Assembly: GCA_014727975.1 (NCBI GenBank)
Contig: WJMK01000039.1
Span: forward strand, 29,237 to 93,236
DNA length: 64,000 bases
Source: Candidatus Micrarchaeota archaeon
GTDB lineage: Archaea; Micrarchaeota; Micrarchaeia; Anstonellales; Bilamarchaeaceae
Direction: 5' to 3'
Shown here: positions 1 to 8,799 of the stretch, one piece after another
Layout of the letters: the number at the start of each line of letters is the position of its first letter
How positions within the stretch are numbered: the stretch's first letter is position 1
Translations under genes and position numbers: made by a program
The notes under the pieces: model-generated
What the model saw: only the letters and a program-made list of their open reading frames with translations
Database searches by the model: none
Told to the model about the DNA's origin: nothing

Positions 1-249
1 CTTCCTTAATGGTTTTGAGCTGGGAAGTGAATTCCCCTTCCACCTGCTTTATTGCAAACTCAAGGTGCTCCATGGACGGGGAAGAGGCGATAGAATAAGC
101 GCGCTTGGTGCCGGAGGGTGAAGTAAGCAGCATAAACTGACCTGGAGAATACTGGATGGGTTCCCCTGATTCCGGGTCAAGCTCCAGCTTTACGATATCT
201 TCCGCAATCTCGCTGATTGATTTTACAATGTAAGTCTTGGATTCCATAT
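1..249 (-). CDS. FNR-like FAD/NAD(P)-binding oxidoreductase, 5' part (gene continues beyond the window start)
   Basis: Reverse-strand ATG at 247-249; translation MESKTYIVKSI...SPGQFMLLTSPSGTKRAYSIASSP carries the RxYS FAD-binding motif of the ferredoxin-NADP reductase family. Absent from the ORF track because it is truncated. Confidence 0.5.
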
Positions 250-942
250 TCAATCCCACGGCTCGGTGCTTATTCTCTTCTTTGGAATCTTCAGTTCCTC
301 CAGAATTGCAAGCATCCTGTTCACAAAAGTTGAGGGGCCGCAAATATAATATTCCTTCTTCCTTGGAGAGGGGACAAAATCTTCAAGCATCTCTGCGGTT
401 ATCGGACCGATTTTTCCTGGCCATTCCATGGGCCGCTCGTTCAGGAGCGTCATCAGGAGGTTTACCTGCTTGTGCTTGTCAAATTCAAGCAGCCGCTCTT
501 CGTTCAGGATTTCCTTCCGGTCCATATTTTCATAGAGAAGGTAGATATTCAGCTTCTTCCTTTTTTCAATGAGTGATTTGCCTATTGAAGAAAGAGGAAT
601 TAGGCCAAGCCCCCTGCAAAGCAGGACTGAATGGTCGGGCTTCTTGGAAATTGTAAAATCCCCGTATGGCCCTTCAATATAAATCTTGGAGCCTTTCTTC
701 TTTTTTGAGAGCTTTTCCTTGAACAGGGTTGAAGTATTGAACATAAATTGGAGGCCTTTTTCTTCAGGTGCGGAAAAAAACGAGAATGGCTCGAACTCAT
801 TGGATTTCCCATCAAGGTAGAGCTTTACGAACTGCCCGGGCTTGAACTTGAAACGGGTCGGGCGCTTTGCTGTGAGAAGATAGAAATTCCCTTCCTGCTC
901 CAGTGAAGAAACAGTGCACGCAACAGGCTTCTTTTTCTTCAT
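250..942 (-). CDS. FNR-like oxidoreductase (FAD-binding barrel plus NAD(P) Rossmann half)
   Basis: 230 aa; PGQFVKLYL...PFSFFS (FAD site) and VLLCRGLGLIPLSS (GxGxxP NAD(P) site); tandem with the preceding partial FNR-like gene. Confidence 0.6.
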   Translation of the reverse strand: MKKKKPVACTVSSLEQEGNFYLLTAKRPTRFKFKPGQFVKLYLDGKSNEFEPFSFFSAPEEKGLQFMFNTSTLFKEKLSKKKKGSKIYIEGPYGDFTISKKPDHSVLLCRGLGLIPLSSIGKSLIEKRKKLNIYLLYENMDRKEILNEERLLEFDKHKQVNLLMTLLNERPMEWPGKIGPITAEMLEDFVPSPRKKEYYICGPSTFVNRMLAILEELKIPKKRISTEPWD

Positions 943-1001
943 ATCCCCGTATCAAAAAAGAAGGTTATAAATGTTTCGCTGGAACTCCATACGGGAGCCC
1001 T

Positions 1002-2477
1002 ATGGCAAAAAGAAAGATGCCCAGATGCATGAGCACGCAGCACCCGGACAATGCAACTACCCCTTTTTTCAGCCAGGGGCAGGTGATGGGAGGAGAGGAC
1101 GAAATCAAGGAAGCATTTTATGCATATTCTACCCTGGGCTGCACTGAACAGATGTGGGATTCCGAAGGAAAGGAAGTGGACAATTATGTTGTGAAAAAGC
1201 TCCTGAATAATTATGGCTATTATTTTGCAAAGAATAAGCTTGGAAAGGACCTGTTTTTGACCGTGCGTGTGCCTAATCCTGAAGTGGAGAAGACTGAGGG
1301 GAAGATTTTGCTTGAGGCCCTGGATGCGATTCCGCGCAATTTTGATGCAGCGGGCGCATTCTACGGGGAGGAGGTTGCACCCATCTTTGAAGTTATTTTG
1401 CCTATGGCTACGAGCACGGTTTCGCTGGAAAGGGTGCGGAACTACTACGACAAGTTTGTGGTTGGCAAAGCAGGAGAGAAATTATCCCCTAAGGATATTA
1501 CGCTGGAAAAGTGGATTGGGAAGTTTGGGCCCAAGGAAATAAACGTGATTCCGCTTGTGGAGGATTTGGATTCAATGGAAAGGATTGGGGGGATTGTAGG
1601 GGACTTTGTGCATGGGAGGAAGCAGGAATACCAGCGTGTGTTCCTGGCGCGCAGTGACCCTGCGCTTAATTATGGTTCTGCTGCATCCGTTCTGATAATA
1701 AAAAATGCATTGCAGCAATTGCATACTGTGGAGGAAAAAGAATCCATGGAAATTTACCCGATTCTTGGGGCGGGGAGTGCGCCTTTCCGCGGGAACCTGC
1801 GCCCGGACAATATCCACACCTTCTTGAGCGCATACCCGAGCATGCAAACCTACTCCATCCAGTCCGCATTCAAGTATGATAACTCCCCTGGGGAAGTGAT
1901 GAAGGGTGTGGAAGAGCTCAATTCCACAAAGAAGGGAAAGCCTGTGGAGGTGGATGAAAAGAGGAGTTCGGAGATTGCAGCAAAAATTTCCAGGGAATAC
2001 AGGTCGCAGCTTACTGTGCTTGCGCCCCTGATTAATACTGTTGCTAAATTTACCCCAAACAGGAGGAAGAGGAAGTTGCATGTTGGGCTCTTTGGATACT
2101 CCAGGAAAACGAGTGGAGGGGTTAAGCTGCCGCGCGCCATACGGTTCTGCTGCTCGCTTTACTCTGCGGGAATTCCCCCGGAGATGCTGGGGCTAAATGC
2201 ACTGGATGAGAAAGATTTGGAGTATATGCGGGACGTGTATGCAGGGTTTGATTCGGACCTGAAAGATTCGCTACGCTATTTGAATGAGGACAACCTGGCA
2301 AAATTCCCTGCGCTTTACAAAAAGCTGAAGCCTGTGCTTGGGCTTGTGGACTATGAAGTGGACAGGGAGCACAGGAGATGGAGCAAGCACATTCTGAGGA
2401 AGGTGCATGACAAGCACCCCGGGCCGATTGAAGAAGAAGTCCTGGAAGCGGCAATGAGGAGGAAGTTCCTAGGATAA
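1002..2477 (+). CDS. ppcA: archaeal-type phosphoenolpyruvate carboxylase
   Basis: N-terminal MSTQHPDN signature of archaeal PEPC; ~490 aa from ATG 1002 (the track ORF begins at an upstream GTG at 903). Confidence 0.85.
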   Translation: MAKRKMPRCMSTQHPDNATTPFFSQGQVMGGEDEIKEAFYAYSTLGCTEQMWDSEGKEVDNYVVKKLLNNYGYYFAKNKLGKDLFLTVRVPNPEVEKTEGKILLEALDAIPRNFDAAGAFYGEEVAPIFEVILPMATSTVSLERVRNYYDKFVVGKAGEKLSPKDITLEKWIGKFGPKEINVIPLVEDLDSMERIGGIVGDFVHGRKQEYQRVFLARSDPALNYGSAASVLIIKNALQQLHTVEEKESMEIYPILGAGSAPFRGNLRPDNIHTFLSAYPSMQTYSIQSAFKYDNSPGEVMKGVEELNSTKKGKPVEVDEKRSSEIAAKISREYRSQLTVLAPLINTVAKFTPNRRKRKLHVGLFGYSRKTSGGVKLPRAIRFCCSLYSAGIPPEMLGLNALDEKDLEYMRDVYAGFDSDLKDSLRYLNEDNLAKFPALYKKLKPVLGLVDYEVDREHRRWSKHILRKVHDKHPGPIEEEVLEAAMRRKFLG

Positions 2478-3773
2478 TATTTCTGCCGCCTGAAGCGCGA
2501 GTATTGCAAATGGCACTATGTATTTTACCATTAAGTAGACAGGCGTTACTAGCGGTTCCGGGATGTTTTCCTTGAGCGCTTTTTTGCAGCCTTTCCAGCC
2601 CCAGGTAAATGCTACTAATGATGCAACCACTATGAGAGGGGCGAACCTTCCGATTATGTGTGCATCCATGAATTCAAGGAACGGGACTCCGTCCAGAACG
2701 AAATCTGAAGCAAGGGGGCTGTAGCTCAGCGCTGATGGAATGAAGAATATTAACAGGAGGAAAAGCATTGCCCATCCTGCCCTTGCGCGGGAACCCATCT
2801 TACTCCTTAGATTGTCTACAAGCACTTCGGAAAGAGACACTGCTGAAGTAGTCGCGGCGCTGAACAGGAGCAGGAAGAACAAGAACATTGTTACTGCCCC
2901 GAAGGGCAGGGAAAGAAAAGCAAGCGGGAGGGATTCAAATGCAAGTTCTGCTCCCGAGGTTGTGGGTATTGCAAAAGTGAATGTAACGGTGAAAACAACT
3001 ATTGCGCCGATTATTGCGATTATGCTGTCTGCTGCTGCAATTGCAAGGGAGGAATGGAAAATTTCCTCCTTCTTTTTCAGGTAGCTCCCAAAAGTGAGCA
3101 TCACCACCATGCCTACGGAAATGGAAAAGATTGCCTGGGTGATCGCATTGAGGATATTTATGGGGGAGAAGAGCACATCTGTGTTGACTGTTGTCAGGTA
3201 AGAGATTGCATCGTTTATTCCGGGGAGGGTAAAGGAGTTTAGGAATATTAGGAGGAGAGATGCGAAAAACACCGGGAAAAGGTAAACGTTTATTTTTTCC
3301 AATCCGGATTTGATGTCTGTGCGCGCAACTATCCACACCATGAGCAGGGAGATTGCCCCTCCCATCGGGAGGGCCCAATCCCCCACTGCGGTTTCAAACG
3401 GGATGTATTCTCCTCCCAAGGAAGTGAATGTGTAGAAGAGGGTCCAGCCCATTACCACAAGGTAGTATGAAAGGACGAGAAGGCACAGGCCCAGGGGGAA
3501 TGCAACGAGCCACCATTTTTTCCCGAGCATTTCCCTGAATGCCCTTACTGCGGAAGTATGGAGCTTCTTTCCTACTGTCAATTCTACTAAAAGTGCAGGG
3601 AGGCCAACCAGGAGAACTGCAAGAACATATAGGAGGACGAAGGAGCCTCCGCCATGCAGGCCTGTGATATATGAGAATCTCCAGATGTTTCCTAATCCTA
3701 CTGCGGAGCCGATGCATGCAATTATGAATATGCTGTGGGAAGACCAGCTTTCCCGCTCCGCAATTCTTTGCAT
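2469..3773 (-). CDS. sodium-dependent transporter, SNF/NSS family
   Basis: 434 aa polytopic; GLGNIWRFSY motif in TM1, typical of neurotransmitter:sodium symporter homologs. Confidence 0.85.
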   Translation of the reverse strand: MQRIAERESWSSHSIFIIACIGSAVGLGNIWRFSYITGLHGGGSFVLLYVLAVLLVGLPALLVELTVGKKLHTSAVRAFREMLGKKWWLVAFPLGLCLLVLSYYLVVMGWTLFYTFTSLGGEYIPFETAVGDWALPMGGAISLLMVWIVARTDIKSGLEKINVYLFPVFFASLLLIFLNSFTLPGINDAISYLTTVNTDVLFSPINILNAITQAIFSISVGMVVMLTFGSYLKKKEEIFHSSLAIAAADSIIAIIGAIVVFTVTFTFAIPTTSGAELAFESLPLAFLSLPFGAVTMFLFFLLLFSAATTSAVSLSEVLVDNLRSKMGSRARAGWAMLFLLLIFFIPSALSYSPLASDFVLDGVPFLEFMDAHIIGRFAPLIVVASLVAFTWGWKGCKKALKENIPEPLVTPVYLMVKYIVPFAILALQAAEILS

Positions 3774-3872
3774 GGGGAGAATTCAGGGAATAAGAATAAA
3801 AAGGATGTTCCAAACTTAAGGAATTTTGCAGTAAGAATATAGTAATAAAAATTGTTGCGGAGAGTTGCCTGC

Positions 3873-4916
3873 ATGAAGGAGGCAATGCTGTATACGAAAG
3901 GGGAAAAGGGGGAAGTGCAGTGCTACTTGTGCAGGAGGATGTGCAGGATCAAGCCAGGGGAGAAGGGATACTGCCATGTGCGGGAGAACCGGGACGGGAC
4001 ATTGTATTCTCTTGCTTATGGGAAAGCTGTTGCAGTAAATGTGGACCCGATTGAGAAGAAGCCGTTTTACCATTTCATGCCTGGGGCGGATTGCTTTTCA
4101 TTTTCTACTGTTGGCTGTAATTACCGCTGCAAATTCTGCCAGAACTGGGAGATAAGCCAAGCATATGGGGGGATTGTGGGGGAAGATTGGCCTCCTGAGA
4201 AGATTGTAGAGTACACGCACAAGAACAATATTCCTGGAATTGCATATACGTATACTGAGCCTACTGTGTTCATGGAATATGCACTGGATACTGCAAAATT
4301 GGCACATAAGAAAGAAGTATTCAACGTATTTGTAACCAATGGGTATGAAAGTGATGCTGCAATTTCTGAGATGAACGGCCGGATTGATGCGAGCAGGATT
4401 GATTTGAAGGGATTTCATGATAAAGTTTACAAGGAGCTCTGCGGGGAAGTGGAGCTTGAGGGGGTTCTTGCAAGTATAAAAGGGCTATATAAAATTGGGC
4501 ATATTGAGATAATAAATTTGATAATTCCTGGCTGGAATGATGATGAAGATGATTTGAGAGCGCTTTCCAAGTGGTGCGCGGAACTGGACCCGAATGTGCC
4601 TGTGCATTTTATTGGATTCTATCCTGCAAACAAGATGAAGGATGTGCCAAGCACTAAACTGGATACTCTGCTTAAGGCGCGGGAGATTGCGATGGATGAG
4701 GGGATTAAATTTGCATACTCCGGGAACAGGATGGATGAAAAGAGCGAGAGCACCTACTGCCCAAAATGCGGGGAAAATGTTGTGCGCAGGAGCGGGTTTA
4801 CTGTGCTGGAGAACAGGGTTGAGGGATACAACAGGTGCCCGGAGTGCGGGGAAGAGCTTTATTTTGTGAATGATATTAAGGAATACTGGAAAAGGAATGG
4901 GAAACGGGACGATTAA
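3873..4916 (+). CDS. amrS: AmmeMemoRadiSam-system radical SAM enzyme (PFL-activase-like)
   Basis: CNYRCKFCQNWEIS radical-SAM CxxxCxxC cluster; N-terminal CYLCRRMC...GYCHVR; C-terminal zinc-ribbon CPKCG...CPECG. Confidence 0.8.
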   Translation: MKEAMLYTKGEKGEVQCYLCRRMCRIKPGEKGYCHVRENRDGTLYSLAYGKAVAVNVDPIEKKPFYHFMPGADCFSFSTVGCNYRCKFCQNWEISQAYGGIVGEDWPPEKIVEYTHKNNIPGIAYTYTEPTVFMEYALDTAKLAHKKEVFNVFVTNGYESDAAISEMNGRIDASRIDLKGFHDKVYKELCGEVELEGVLASIKGLYKIGHIEIINLIIPGWNDDEDDLRALSKWCAELDPNVPVHFIGFYPANKMKDVPSTKLDTLLKAREIAMDEGIKFAYSGNRMDEKSESTYCPKCGENVVRRSGFTVLENRVEGYNRCPECGEELYFVNDIKEYWKRNGKRDD

Positions 4917-5692
4917 AGAGGGGCTTCGAGTATTGCGCCCATTGGGTGTGTAGGCGGGATAAGGGCAGAGATGCGGATGCTCTTGTGGTCATTCGGCGCG
5001 AGCGTGCAAAGCACGGGCCCCACCCATTCGGAAGAAGAATGGCCGAATACGAATATTGTAATGTCCGGGGGAGTTTCTTCTTTTGCAAGGTCTGTTCCCT
5101 TGTCCAGTACGGAAAGGTCAAATTTTCCTGGCTGCTCAGGAATCCACACAGGGCGCGAATTTGCCTTGGGGAGGTAGTGCATGTCTTTTTCATCTCTCTG
5201 GTATTCCCATGTTCCTGGCTCATAAATAAGGGAAATGCCTGATGCATTCTCCAGGTCCCTGGGCACATGGAAAACACTGCGGCCCTTGTGCATGTGGCCC
5301 GGGCCCATAACTACCTCGCTGCCGAATTTCCTCTTTGCCTGGCTTACCAGGAGGCCTCCTGTCCAGAATGCAAAGGTTTCCAGTGTGCATGCAGATTTGA
5401 GGTCTACGCCTTCCAGGAGCATTTCAAGCCCTGGGCTGGAAATGATAGCCCCTTCGGGACTTTCTTTTCTCTCAGTGTAAGCATCTGGGTTGGAGAGGGC
5501 ATGGATCAATCGGACCCCTGTGCGTATGGAAATGATGCCTGCATTCTTCTCCTCTGCTTTCCTGTGGGCTGAAAAAAAGGACATCCTTCCGCCTCCCGAG
5601 GAAGTGTATTTTGCAATCCTTATTAGCTTCACTCTTCTTGCGGGGGAGCGCACCTCACCAACTAGCTGAAGCTTTTGGGCAGTGGAATTCAT
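4913..5692 (-). CDS. hypothetical protein, possibly a metallophosphoesterase-like fold
   Basis: 259-aa ORF, the longest in its region; GPGHMH and FGHSSSEW resemble GHxH-type phosphoesterase motifs, but the match is weak. Confidence 0.3.
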   Translation of the reverse strand: MNSTAQKLQLVGEVRSPARRVKLIRIAKYTSSGGGRMSFFSAHRKAEEKNAGIISIRTGVRLIHALSNPDAYTERKESPEGAIISSPGLEMLLEGVDLKSACTLETFAFWTGGLLVSQAKRKFGSEVVMGPGHMHKGRSVFHVPRDLENASGISLIYEPGTWEYQRDEKDMHYLPKANSRPVWIPEQPGKFDLSVLDKGTDLAKEETPPDITIFVFGHSSSEWVGPVLCTLAPNDHKSIRISALIPPTHPMGAILEAPL

Positions 5693-5771
5693 TTGTACTC
5701 ACCACACATACTGGCCAAGGGGCATTCTGCACTAATCCTTATTAATTTAACATGGGATATCTGGCTGCAGA

Positions 5772-6854
5772 ATGGTGAAATGGATGGGAAACGTATTCAG
5801 GCAGCTTGGGGAAGGAGGGAGGATATTCAAGAACGAGCAGGCTTTTGCGCCAGAGTATATTCCTGAAGAGATTGTGAAGCGGGAGAGCGAAATAAAGGAG
5901 CTTGCGTTTGCTCTGCGCCCGATTTCTGAGAACCGGAGGCCGCAGAGCATAGTTATTTATGGGGCCCCTGGCACTGGCAAGACCTGTAGTGTGAAGCATG
6001 TGCTCGGGCAGCTTTCGGATTACACCTCAAGGTGTTTTTCGGTTTATTTGAATTGCTGGAATTACCCGAGCAGGTTTTCGATTCTGAGCAAGATTGCAGA
6101 AGAGCTGGAAATCTTTATTCCGAGAAGGGGGGTTGCGGTGGATGAAGTTTGGGCTGAGCTTGTGGGCGTGCTCAAGCAAACCAAGAAGGTTCCGGTTATT
6201 GTGCTGGATGAGGCAGATGTGGTTGCTGGGGAGGAGCAGGGAATATTCTATGATTTGTTGCGGATGAAGGAAAATGAGGGGATAGATGTGGGAGTGATTG
6301 CTATTACTAACCGCGGGGACGTGCTTTCCCAGCTGGATGACCGCGTGCGGAGCTCGCTTTTGCAGTCATTTATGGAGTTCAAGAGGTATACTCCTGCGGA
6401 GCTGAAGGAGATTGTGCGGGAGCGGGCGCGCATTGGGCTTTTCCCTGGGGCATATAATGAGGAAGTGGTTGGGATGTGCTCCGGGTTTGGGGCAAAAAAT
6501 GGGGGAGATGCAAGGATTGCGCTTAACCTGCTTTGGCTTGCGGGGAGGAATGCAGAAAAGGATGCGCGAGATGAGATTACGCTGGAGGATGTGGAGGCGG
6601 TAAAAGGGAATGTGCTTGGGAGCTTAAAGAAGGAGAAGATTGAGAGCCTGGATGAGCTGGACAAGCAGGTTGTGGAGCTTATTAAGGAAGCGGGGGAATC
6701 CGGGATAAAGAGCGGGGACATTTACTCCAAAGTTGGGAAAAATGAGAGGACTGTGAGGATGCGGCTGGGGAAATTGGAGAGCATGGGGCTCGTGGAGGCT
6801 GTATTTTCGGAAGGGGGAGCAGGAAGGACACGGGTTTTCAAGATACGGAAATAA
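5772..6854 (+). CDS. cdc6: Orc1/Cdc6 replication initiation protein
   Basis: Walker A GAPGTGKT, Walker B VIVLDEAD, C-terminal winged helix; typical archaeal Orc1/Cdc6 length. Confidence 0.9.
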   Translation: MVKWMGNVFRQLGEGGRIFKNEQAFAPEYIPEEIVKRESEIKELAFALRPISENRRPQSIVIYGAPGTGKTCSVKHVLGQLSDYTSRCFSVYLNCWNYPSRFSILSKIAEELEIFIPRRGVAVDEVWAELVGVLKQTKKVPVIVLDEADVVAGEEQGIFYDLLRMKENEGIDVGVIAITNRGDVLSQLDDRVRSSLLQSFMEFKRYTPAELKEIVRERARIGLFPGAYNEEVVGMCSGFGAKNGGDARIALNLLWLAGRNAEKDARDEITLEDVEAVKGNVLGSLKKEKIESLDELDKQVVELIKEAGESGIKSGDIYSKVGKNERTVRMRLGKLESMGLVEAVFSEGGAGRTRVFKIRK

Positions 6855-6864
6855 GGATAGCTGC

Positions 6865-7821
6865 TCATTGCCGCACATAATTGAGCAGTTCCGGAAGTAT
6901 AGTCCGGAACTCCATTTCTGAATAGTCTGCAAACCACGCGCCTAGTATGAAGTATTTTATGAAAAAGTAAAAAATCCAGAAAAAGGCAAATGCAAGCAGG
7001 ATTTTGAAAACGGTTTTTGCATTCTTTGGGGTGGGGCGGAAAGCGAGCCAGATGGAAAGAATCCCGCCCAGGGCAATTCCTGCAGAAAGGAGGTAGGAGT
7101 AGCCCCAGCTCAGGACGAAATTTACGAGGCAGATTAGCACTACTAGGAGGGCGGGGGCGCGGGGCCCATACCCCACTGCAAAAGTAGTGATGCCTGCTTT
7201 CTTGTCTTCCTTGTAGTCCATTATTGTGGCAATTGAGTGGATTGCGGAAAATCCTGCAGAAACAACAAAAAGTTCAGCGTATGGGAAAAACTCCCCTGAA
7301 AGGGTATATGCGAACATGAAGGGGCCGACTCCGTAGCCGCCGCTGAGGAAAGAATCCCAGAAGGGGCGGGCCTTGAAGCGGAAGGGGGGCGCGGAATACA
7401 TGTAGGGAACCGCAATCATCAGGAAGGAAAAGGCGAAGTGCAGGGGCTGGAAGGAAAGCGCGGAAACAAGTATTATTGCAAGGGAAAAAAGCATGATGAG
7501 GGATTTTACCCAGGGGATGTCTCTCTTTTCCAGCCGGGCGCCCCAGAGCCCGCCCTTCCTGGGGCTGCTTTTGTCCACCTCAATATCAAAGAGGTCGTTG
7601 AGCCCGTAAATAATGAATGCGAAGGGGAAGGTAAGGAGGAGCATTTCGGCTGTTTCCAGGGGGCCGCGGGGAATTCCTGCCATGAACAGGCCTGCAAGGT
7701 AAACAAGCATGGGCCCGAGCCAGAAAACCGGGCGGCTTATGGAGATTGCCTTCTTGAGCTTTTCAAGCACTACTTTTCCCTCCGTATAATGTAATCGGAA
7801 ACTTCGGAAAAGAGCCTGCAC
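6865..7821 (-). CDS. UbiA-family prenyltransferase (candidate DGGGP synthase)
   Basis: NDLFDIEVDK aspartate-rich UbiA motif, polytopic, adjacent to a polyprenyl synthase. The annotated start overlaps idsA by 52 nt; the true start may lie further in. Confidence 0.8.
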   Translation of the reverse strand: MQALFRSFRLHYTEGKVVLEKLKKAISISRPVFWLGPMLVYLAGLFMAGIPRGPLETAEMLLLTFPFAFIIYGLNDLFDIEVDKSSPRKGGLWGARLEKRDIPWVKSLIMLFSLAIILVSALSFQPLHFAFSFLMIAVPYMYSAPPFRFKARPFWDSFLSGGYGVGPFMFAYTLSGEFFPYAELFVVSAGFSAIHSIATIMDYKEDKKAGITTFAVGYGPRAPALLVVLICLVNFVLSWGYSYLLSAGIALGGILSIWLAFRPTPKNAKTVFKILLAFAFFWIFYFFIKYFILGAWFADYSEMEFRTILPELLNYVRQ

Positions 7822-8753
7822 TTATCCTCCGGGAGAGCGGAAAGGTGGGATTTTGCTTCGGAAAGCAGGCGCTCGCAAACCGAGTTTGCGTAGTTTATTG
7901 CACCGTGCTCTTTTGCAAGGGAGATTGCGCGGGAAACATCCTCCTGGGTTTTTTCAGGCTTCTTTAGGATTGAAAGGAGCTCCTGCTTTTCCTTTTCGGG
8001 AAGTGTGGAAAGCAGCCTTATGGTGATCAGAGTTCGCTTGCTTTCCTTTATGTCTTCCCCAATCTCTTTTGTATATTCAGACGGGTTGGAAGTAAGGTTA
8101 AGTATGTCGTCCTTAATCTGGAAGGCAAGGCCCATCTTGTTCCCGAATTGCTGGAGGGAAAGCTGGGTGCTTTCCGGGGCATCTGCGGAAAAGGCGCCCA
8201 TCCTGCAGGCAAGGCCAATCAGCGCGCCTGTTTTCCCTGAAGCCATCTCCAGGTATTCCTCCTCTGAAATATCGAATTTCCCTGTGCGCTGCCAGTAGAG
8301 TTCGGTTCCCTGCCCTTCAACAACAGAAGAAAAACCATCCATCATTATGCGCAGGGCACTGAGCTTTTTTTCAGGGAGGGTTTTGCTGGAAAGTAGTATG
8401 GACCACATCACACGGTAGAGCGCATCACCCGCATTTACTGCAGTTGGAATTCCATGCTCAGAATTGATGGTGGGTTTGCCCCTGCGCAGGGAAGAATTAT
8501 CTTCCACATCATCATGAATAAGCGTAAAATTGTGGAAAAGTTCTATTGCAACTGCATAGTCCATTGCATCGGATTCTGTGCGGCCCGCCGCCTCTGCGCA
8601 TGCAAGAACAATTATGGGGCGGATGCGCTTTCCCCCGCGGAAAATGAACTCGCGAAGCATTCCATAAACATACGAGGGGTCCTGTGGGATGCTGTCGCTC
8701 AGTGCCTGGTCGATTTTCTTTTGCCTGGACTCGAGATATTCTTTTGCATCCAT
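7770..8753 (-). CDS. idsA: polyprenyl (geranylgeranyl) diphosphate synthase
   Basis: FARM LIHDDVED and second Asp-rich motif FQIKDDILN; 327 aa. Confidence 0.85.
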   Translation of the reverse strand: MDAKEYLESRQKKIDQALSDSIPQDPSYVYGMLREFIFRGGKRIRPIIVLACAEAAGRTESDAMDYAVAIELFHNFTLIHDDVEDNSSLRRGKPTINSEHGIPTAVNAGDALYRVMWSILLSSKTLPEKKLSALRIMMDGFSSVVEGQGTELYWQRTGKFDISEEEYLEMASGKTGALIGLACRMGAFSADAPESTQLSLQQFGNKMGLAFQIKDDILNLTSNPSEYTKEIGEDIKESKRTLITIRLLSTLPEKEKQELLSILKKPEKTQEDVSRAISLAKEHGAINYANSVCERLLSEAKSHLSALPEDKCRLFSEVSDYIIRREK

Positions 8754-8799
8754 TGGCTCACATTCTCAGGGACAAAAAAGGGAGGCCCTGTCCTCCCTG

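Noticed and set aside
903-1001. N-terminal extension of PEPC from the GTG at 903 (MKKQCTQQ...)
   Set aside because: Archaeal PEPC begins close to the MSTQHPDN motif; the extension would overlap the FNR-like gene start region, and ATG 1002 gives the canonical N-terminus.
2935-3378. Short ORFs on both strands within the SNF transporter gene (e.g. 2935-3378, 2740-3084)
   Set aside because: Embedded in a well-supported 434-aa transporter CDS and lacking motifs.
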